A stretch of DNA of 64,000 nucleotides from Candidatus Geothermarchaeota archaeon (GTDB lineage: Archaea > Thermoproteota > Nitrososphaeria > Geothermarchaeales > JDFR-13), in NCBI GenBank assembly GCA_015523605.1, contig WAKC01000001.1, positions 2,669 through 66,668 on the forward strand. Reading direction: 5' to 3'. Below are positions 58,293 to 64,000 of this stretch, one piece after another. A program made the position numbers and the translations under genes. The notes under the pieces are model-generated. The model did not search any database, was not told where the DNA came from, and was given only the letters and a program-made list of their open reading frames with translations. Each line of letters starts with the position of its first letter. The first letter of the stretch is position 1.

Positions 58293-58367
58293 GCCCCGGT
58301 AGCTCAGCGGTAGAGCGGCGGCCTCGTAAGCCGCAGGTCCCGGGTTCAAATCCCGGCCGGGGCTCCA
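58293..58367 (+). tRNA. tRNA-Thr (anticodon CGU) with genomically encoded CCA, no intron
   Basis: Manually folded. Acceptor GCCCCGG/CCGGGGC, D arm GCTC-AGCGGTA-GAGC, anticodon arm GCGGC-CTCGTAA-GCCGC, variable AGGTC, T arm CCGGG-TTCAAAT-CCCGG, discriminator T, then CCA. It is a GC-rich island in AT-rich surroundings. Confidence 0.9.
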
Positions 58368-58553
58368 AACAGCATAAAAAGGATATTCCCATCATCACAC
58401 CCTTTTACAATAATAATGTATCTATAATTTTTCGGAATATTCTTCTGTAAAATTCTGTTTGTCTATCCTCTAAAACCCTTAAGCACTTTAATAGAAAAAA
58501 TATGTAGTTTTTAGTTGAAAGAATTATATAACGGTGTTATGTTTTCCTTTCAT

Positions 58554-59159
58554 ATGTCAACCTATAAGTTTATTGAAGAGAGGATAAAGGAGAGGGAGCG
58601 TTGGGCCCTAAGGAGACAGCTAGGAATACCAAACGATAGGAGACTGTGGGTTCTAGCATGTATGGATGAGAGGCTCCCTGTCGAGGAAGTGCTTGGGCTA
58701 AAACCTGGTGATGCCCATGTCTTCAGAAACGCAGGAGGTCTGGTAACCGGTGACGCTATTAGATCAGCTGTTCTGAGCATCCATTTCTTCGGGACAAAGG
58801 AGATAATAATATTGAATCATACGGAATGTGGAATGATGTCTGCCACTACAGATTTCGTTGTTAGAGAGCTCCTTAATAAGGTTGACGTAAAACCCGAAGA
58901 TCTGGATATAGAGCCCGGCATACCAGAGCTCGGCAAATTCCCCAATAAAGAGGTCTTCGGGAAATGGTTCAGGATGTTTGATGAAGTTGATCTAATAACA
59001 CAAGAGCAGATAAGGATTTTGAGGGAGCATCCATTGATACCAGATGATGTTGTGATAAATGGCTACATATATGAGGTGGAGACAGGCTTCCTAAGAAAAC
59101 CATTCCAGAGACTATCTTACAAGGTCAACACATCAAAGGATATGGGGGCTAGGACTTAA
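58554..59159 (+). CDS. Beta-class carbonic anhydrase-fold protein (Cab / CS2-hydrolase-like subgroup)
   Basis: Zinc ligands in ACMDER and HTECGM, plus RNAGG. Start taken at the ATG at 58554. Confidence 0.8.
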   Translation: MSTYKFIEERIKERERWALRRQLGIPNDRRLWVLACMDERLPVEEVLGLKPGDAHVFRNAGGLVTGDAIRSAVLSIHFFGTKEIIILNHTECGMMSATTDFVVRELLNKVDVKPEDLDIEPGIPELGKFPNKEVFGKWFRMFDEVDLITQEQIRILREHPLIPDDVVINGYIYEVETGFLRKPFQRLSYKVNTSKDMGART

Positions 59160-59227
59160 ACAGCTTTAGACCTCTATATTTATCCTCTTCCTTTATTTAT
59201 CATATCCTCCATGCTCTATATATAGAA

Positions 59228-59731
59228 ATGAAATTAGTCCTGCTCTCAGATACCCATGACAATAAGAGGTTTTTTGAGGCCCTAGCAACTTGGAATACCG
59301 AAAGAGAGTTAAAGATTGCAATTCATGCAGGAGACCATATAGCACCCTTCACAGTGGATTGGATGGAGAAGGCAGGATTTGAAATGGTTTATGGGGTTCT
59401 CGGGAATAATGATGGAGAGATTAAGATACTTCATAAAAAATATAGTGAGAAAGGATGGAGTCTAAAGGATTTAATTAACGAGATTGATCTGGAAGGTGTT
59501 AAGATAGCTGTTACCCATGGCACGATGTTTGAACTTCCAAGGATACTGGCTCAATCAGGTAGATATGACGTTGTGGTATATGGGCATACCCACCAGAAAC
59601 ATGTCGAATGGATTGGAGATACTCTCCTGGTAAACCCTGGGGAGGCATGTGGCTATCTAACGGGAGAATCCACCATAATGATATTAGATTTGAGTAAAAA
59701 GGAGGTTGAAGAGGTTAGGCTCCACCCTTAA
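59228..59731 (+). CDS. Metallophosphoesterase (YfcE / MJ0936 family)
   Basis: LLSDTHDN, GDH, GNND, THG and GHTH motifs in canonical order. Confidence 0.8.
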   Translation: MKLVLLSDTHDNKRFFEALATWNTERELKIAIHAGDHIAPFTVDWMEKAGFEMVYGVLGNNDGEIKILHKKYSEKGWSLKDLINEIDLEGVKIAVTHGTMFELPRILAQSGRYDVVVYGHTHQKHVEWIGDTLLVNPGEACGYLTGESTIMILDLSKKEVEEVRLHP

Positions 59732-60911
59732 CTATGTTAAGAGCTATCCTCAGCAAATCGATGTTAGAGGGGGCTTTAGTATAGACTAGGTCATAAATCC
59801 TATCTTTACCGACGATCTCCATAAACTTATCTGTATATTTATCATCCTTTGTTATAAGATCAACTACGAGTCTCAGTTTATACCCATTCTCCAATGCCCT
59901 TCCTAAAAGCCTCCTCCACAAGTCCTCGTAATACTCAAGTTTCACTTCCCCCGCTAAGAACTTAGATATTGCCTCACCAGCCGCCATACCGGCGATTGAA
60001 CTGGTGACTATACCAGCCCCTAGAGAAGCTATATTATGGTTGGCAGCATCACCCACAGAGAGGAAACGTCCAGAAACTGTCTTATCAGGGGGTGGGCCAA
60101 CAGGGACTAGGCCGCCCACATATGAAAGGGGTTGAGCTCTCCTTAGCTTTCTACTAGCTATTGGATGTTTCCGCCAGAACCTCTCCATATAGACGTTTAT
60201 ATCCCTCTCTCCCTCCACATATGGATATCTAATCCCAAGCCCAACATTAGCGACCCCATCACCCTTTGGTATTATCCAGGCATATGCACCAGGTGAATAT
60301 TCCTTACCTGTGTACATCTCAACCACGGATGGATCACTATCAACCCCTGCCATCTGATAGTTTATGACATGTCCCAGATTCATCTCGTCAACCTCCCTGA
60401 ATAAACCCACCTGCTCTAGAAGAGTTGATGATGTACCAGCCGCGATTACCACAGTCTCACCGAGAACCTCGAAATTACCCGACTTCCCCTTCGCATATAC
60501 CGTGCCGTCCTCACCAAGTTTATAGACAACAGTGTTTATCATGACATCGGCTCCACGATCTACAGCTTCCTTAACAATCCACTTATCAAATGCCTCTCTA
60601 TCGATCACATACCCATCAAAGTTGACGCTATACTCTCTACCTGAAGGAGTAATTACACTTACTGATTTAGTCTCATTGGAGACTAGCTTCATAGGCATCT
60701 TCCTAAAAATCTCTAGATATGGTTCCTCAACTTCTGGTAGAATCTTGCTATATTCGTGATACTGTGGGATAAACTCTCCACATTGGATGGGCACCCCGAT
60801 CTCGCGCCTCCTATCAATACCCAAGACCTTGAGCCCTTCACTAGCCAATTTATATAGTGCTGAAGCACCTCCAGGACCTAAACCAACTACTACTGCATCA
60901 TATTTTTCCAT
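59715..60911 (-). CDS. Geranylgeranyl reductase-family flavoprotein
   Basis: YDAVVVGLGPGGASA (FAD Rossmann motif) directly after the ATG at 60911, and a later VGDAA motif. Confidence 0.8.
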   Translation of the reverse strand: MEKYDAVVVGLGPGGASALYKLASEGLKVLGIDRRREIGVPIQCGEFIPQYHEYSKILPEVEEPYLEIFRKMPMKLVSNETKSVSVITPSGREYSVNFDGYVIDREAFDKWIVKEAVDRGADVMINTVVYKLGEDGTVYAKGKSGNFEVLGETVVIAAGTSSTLLEQVGLFREVDEMNLGHVINYQMAGVDSDPSVVEMYTGKEYSPGAYAWIIPKGDGVANVGLGIRYPYVEGERDINVYMERFWRKHPIASRKLRRAQPLSYVGGLVPVGPPPDKTVSGRFLSVGDAANHNIASLGAGIVTSSIAGMAAGEAISKFLAGEVKLEYYEDLWRRLLGRALENGYKLRLVVDLITKDDKYTDKFMEIVGKDRIYDLVYTKAPSNIDLLRIALNIVKGGA

Positions 60912-60989
60912 AGAGACACCACTAATCAAATATATGGTCATAACTAGCGATATTAAAGCCAGATATTACAATAGAAGAGGAAATATTGA

Positions 60990-61808
60990 TTACTTAAACA
61001 ACCCATCTAGAACATCATTCACTGCATCAGCCACATGCTGAACCCTCCTCAGATTAGGGGTAGATGAGAGGTTGGATAGCGAGATGGGGGTTAATGATAT
61101 ATTACCATTTATAAACACTTCATAACCGTCCGTGCCTTTAGGGAAACTCTTGAACTTCTCACCCCAAAGCCAGAAATACTCCCTCCCCCTTGGATCATAC
61201 CTGACATATAATTTTGTATTTAGGGAGAGCCTAGCAAGTCTAGTAACCACTATCCTGGATTGAGGAGTGATCTGCTTAGGAAAATTGACATTAAATAGAT
61301 CTACATTTTCCGGGAGACCCTCCTCAAGAACGATCTTAACAAGCTCCCTAGCGATTAGAGAAGCCATTTTAAATCCACCTCTCACCACCTCACCGCCAAT
61401 CACATCAGCCTTGGGCATAGACTTAGAGAAGGAGATACTAGGTATATTATGTAGAGCGGATAAGAGTGCTCCAGCGACCGTCCCACTCATAAAAAACTCA
61501 AGGAGGCTTATATTCTCTCCAATATTTATCCCTGACACCGTGATATCAGGCGGCTTCTCCATTATATGAAACAACCCCATACTTACACAGTCACCAGTAG
61601 TTCCATTCACAAGGTAGCATAGTTGGTCCTTATAGACAGCCTTTCTAACACGGAGTGGCTTATGCAGTGTAACGCTTAACCCTGCCGCACTCCTCTGCTG
61701 CTCTGGACATACAACCGTCAACTCCCCCAAATCCCTAAGCGCATCTATTAAACGTCTCAATCCGGGTGAGCGATATCCATCATCGTTAGTCAATAGTATC
61801 CTAGCCAA
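60990..61808 (-). CDS. surE: 5'/3'-nucleotidase SurE
   Basis: TTG start. ILLTNDDGYRSPGL and SGINIGEN motifs. Confidence 0.85.
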   Translation of the reverse strand: MARILLTNDDGYRSPGLRRLIDALRDLGELTVVCPEQQRSAAGLSVTLHKPLRVRKAVYKDQLCYLVNGTTGDCVSMGLFHIMEKPPDITVSGINIGENISLLEFFMSGTVAGALLSALHNIPSISFSKSMPKADVIGGEVVRGGFKMASLIARELVKIVLEEGLPENVDLFNVNFPKQITPQSRIVVTRLARLSLNTKLYVRYDPRGREYFWLWGEKFKSFPKGTDGYEVFINGNISLTPISLSNLSSTPNLRRVQHVADAVNDVLDGLFK

Positions 61809-61814
61809 TACATT

Positions 61815-62954
61815 TCACCTCGTTATACCAAGGCTCTCCAACTCCTCAATATACTTCCTCCCAGGACCCTCCCTAAGATACTCGGAGACCGGTTTAATCA
61901 TCATCCATAGATACTCCGAGACCGCATTCTTAAGATCTAACGGATGTATACCGCCCCTCAAATACTCCTCCCTCACCTCATCTATAGAAGAGTAGCTCGA
62001 CTCAGAACCAGTCTTCAAATTCACAATCTTAAACTCAAGACCCCTTCTAATTATATATGGATATACAACGTTCTCCAACATCGAAAACACGGGATTCACT
62101 ATAACATCATCGGGGGGACAATATGCTTTTCTAACCTTCCTTCTAATATCCTCTTGAGAATCATGTAGGAAGATCGCTGTTTCAGGAATAGATTTAGACA
62201 TCTTAATATTCAAAACCGTATCGACAAACCTATCCTTGTCACCACTCTCCCTAGCCTCCCTAATCTTTACAGCATCTTCCTGGGTCAACCCCACACCTAA
62301 AACAAGGTTGTGATGAAGAGCTATAGGCTTATAACCAAATTTATCACCCAATTCAATAGCTATGACATGAGCCTTCCTCTGATCAATCCCACCATGTGCA
62401 ACGTTAACACCTAGACTAAATATATCGGCGACTTGCATAGGGACATATACCAACTGGCCGAAGTTTACAGACTCACCCATCTTACGTCCGAGAATCGATA
62501 TACTCCTCCTCACCCTTGAGAGAGTGGTAGACATAGATACCTTAAGGAAGTTCTCAAAATATTTAAGACCATATTCATCGTAAAATTCGGATGCAAGTAC
62601 AAAACGTGTCTTACCAGGATCCCCACCTAAAGACCTTATCATCCGGGAAAAGACATCGACATAATATCCCCCTGCTACCTTCTTAATCGTATCTAGGTCG
62701 CCACCCAACTTCCTGTTTATCCAGCTATGATAATCACCGAGGAATATAATAGTCTCTACACCAGCCATCTGAAGATCAACTACTTTATGTATGGGTACCA
62801 AACCAGTTCCAAGATGCATAAAACCCGAGATCTCAAACCCTATATAATGCCTAAGAGGTATGCCGGTCTCCAGATATTCACGCAGACGGTCTACTGTTAA
62901 AATCTCATTTGTGGGTGGCCTCAGAAATAAATCCATCCTAGATTCTACATCCAT
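61815..62954 (-). CDS. tyrS: Tyrosine--tRNA ligase (archaeal type)
   Basis: YIGFEISGFMHLG (HIGH region of the TyrRS type) and KMSKS. Confidence 0.8.
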   Translation of the reverse strand: MDVESRMDLFLRPPTNEILTVDRLREYLETGIPLRHYIGFEISGFMHLGTGLVPIHKVVDLQMAGVETIIFLGDYHSWINRKLGGDLDTIKKVAGGYYVDVFSRMIRSLGGDPGKTRFVLASEFYDEYGLKYFENFLKVSMSTTLSRVRRSISILGRKMGESVNFGQLVYVPMQVADIFSLGVNVAHGGIDQRKAHVIAIELGDKFGYKPIALHHNLVLGVGLTQEDAVKIREARESGDKDRFVDTVLNIKMSKSIPETAIFLHDSQEDIRRKVRKAYCPPDDVIVNPVFSMLENVVYPYIIRRGLEFKIVNLKTGSESSYSSIDEVREEYLRGGIHPLDLKNAVSEYLWMMIKPVSEYLREGPGRKYIEELESLGITR

Positions 62955-63033
62955 TTTAGACTCCCCTCACAGTTAAATATATATTTAGATTATAGCATCA
63001 AACATCTAAATATTTCGGTTAGGTTAGGCCGTG

Positions 63034-64000
63034 ATGAAGATAGATATAGCCCTCTATAAAAAGGTTTCAGATGAGATTGAGAGACATAAAGTAGGGTATA
63101 GAGGATATATCCACACCCTCTCAAACAAGATTAGAAGAAGGGAGATGGACATAAGGAATCTCTACTATATCTTAAAAAGCCTCAGGATATACGACAACGT
63201 AGGATATGCAAGCCTCGCCGACGAAGCATTAAAACTCATCATCTCAAACCAGTTGAAGGAGGGAGACACCATCATCATCGAAGACGTATATAGAGGATTG
63301 AGGGAGGCAAAGTCCGCCACGGAATATTCCGAAGGTGGATTTCCAGACAGAGTAGAGAGGAATAAAAGGTTTATTCATAGCCAGGCACCATCTATAGATT
63401 CGACCATCTACGCGCTCCAGACAATAGTTGAATATTCAACCCATATCCAATATTGGGATGACACATTAGATGGAGTGATTAAAAAGGGATTACAATACCT
63501 CAACCTAAGAGATATTAATGGAGATGGGCTCCTTGAACAATCAACCGGCGAGGATTGGATACCAATTTTAAAGAGGAGTGGCAGCCTCCTCTATACAAAC
63601 ACGCTCTATCTTAAGCTGCTGGAGGACCTATACTACCTATATCTAGATAAAGATAGGGAATATAGCGAACATATTAGGAATTTATACATTAAGGTATACA
63701 GGAGAATAGATGAAATCTATTGGATGGACAATTTATACATAGAATACATCAATACCAGCGGGGCGAAAGTCTGTAGAGCAAGTATAGATAGCTCGATAGC
63801 TGGGAGACCAATAATTATGAGAGAAGCGAATAGAATACATAGACATTTCACGACACTCTATAACAAGCTGTATAACGAGGCTAATAATCTCCTACTCACC
63901 ACTGAGACAAAGATTAAAGTTACACCAGAGGATAGAAACTTATACAGAATCTCAACCCCTCTACAGACAGCAGTATATGCCATGGATGTAGCGGAAGCTG
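63034..64000 (+). CDS. Six-hairpin glycosidase-like protein (GDE_C / amylo-alpha-1,6-glucosidase-like), 3' partial
   Basis: Own translation (MKIDIALYKKV...DINGDGLLEQSTGEDWIPILKRSGSLLYTNTLY...) stays open to the window end. The DGLL...W...R.G...YTN pattern resembles GDE_C-type (alpha/alpha)6 enzymes. It is absent from the ORF track because no stop is reached. Confidence 0.45.
   Translation, partial: MKIDIALYKKVSDEIERHKVGYRGYIHTLSNKIRRREMDIRNLYYILKSLRIYDNVGYASLADEALKLIISNQLKEGDTIIIEDVYRGLREAKSATEYSEGGFPDRVERNKRFIHSQAPSIDSTIYALQTIVEYSTHIQYWDDTLDGVIKKGLQYLNLRDINGDGLLEQSTGEDWIPILKRSGSLLYTNTLYLKLLEDLYYLYLDKDREYSEHIRNLYIKVYRRIDEIYWMDNLYIEYINTSGAKVCRASIDSSIAGRPIIMREANRIHRHFTTLYNKLYNEANNLLLTTETKIKVTPEDRNLYRISTPLQTAVYAMDVAEA

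Noticed and set aside
58293-58553. Integrated element at tRNA-Thr
   Set aside because: No integrase or partitioned integrase fragment was seen. I noticed no repeat of the tRNA 3' end downstream, and the flanking genes are ordinary housekeeping genes.

Overview
Densely coding (roughly 90%), about 40% GC chromosomal segment. It is best explained as a thermophilic crenarchaeon (Thermoprotei-like). That assignment is inference from a group II chaperonin, an 11-subunit nuo operon without nuoEFG, a Sulfolobus-type zinc ferredoxin, Hjc, a PAC2 protein, leaderless-looking promoters with TATA boxes about 25-30 nt from start codons, and GGAGGTG-type Shine-Dalgarno sequences inside operons.

Recognisable content, left to right:
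- OsmC fragment.
- GlcD/GlcF-like oxidase pair, plus a short FGGY kinase and a GlpA/LhgO-like flavoprotein.
- livKHMGF-type ABC importer.
- Cation:proton antiporter.
- Two-gene methionine-rich module (12.6-13.8 kb).
- Polyamine genes (AdoMetDC-family plus spermidine synthase).
- Several ABC and ABC-2 transporters.
- PLP decarboxylase, a second FGGY kinase, an MFS transporter, a SixA-like protein and PanB.
- Copper-resistance island: YHS/His-rich protein, CopA, and a divergent ArsR-like regulator.
- Alcohol dehydrogenase plus SCP2 protein, zinc ferredoxin, endonuclease IV and a PAC2 protein.
- Complete nuoABCDHIJ(J)KLMN operon, preceded by a translationally coupled FrhB/FpoF-like Fe-S gene.
- Sfm1-like SPOUT methyltransferase, TatA, thermosome, Sm-like protein, GT2 glycosyltransferase, LysE, Ard1-type acetyltransferase and an M50 protease.
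- GlyRS, CbiX-like protein, JAMM protein, Hjc, tRNA-Thr(CGU), beta-carbonic-anhydrase-fold protein, metallophosphoesterase, geranylgeranyl reductase, SurE, TyrRS and a partial GDE-like glycosidase.

I saw no CRISPR array, rRNA, transposase or integrase.

The best candidate for something undescribed is the module at 12653-13804. It encodes a membrane-anchored protein that is about 28% methionine. Next to it is a membrane-embedded winged-helix regulator whose predicted extracytoplasmic loop carries the same Met-rich signature. A tandem 9-bp repeat overlaps the promoter between them. Second is the FrhB-like first cistron of the nuo operon, a possible electron-input module.

Novelty cannot be established without database searches. 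All functional calls rest on motif recognition by eye.
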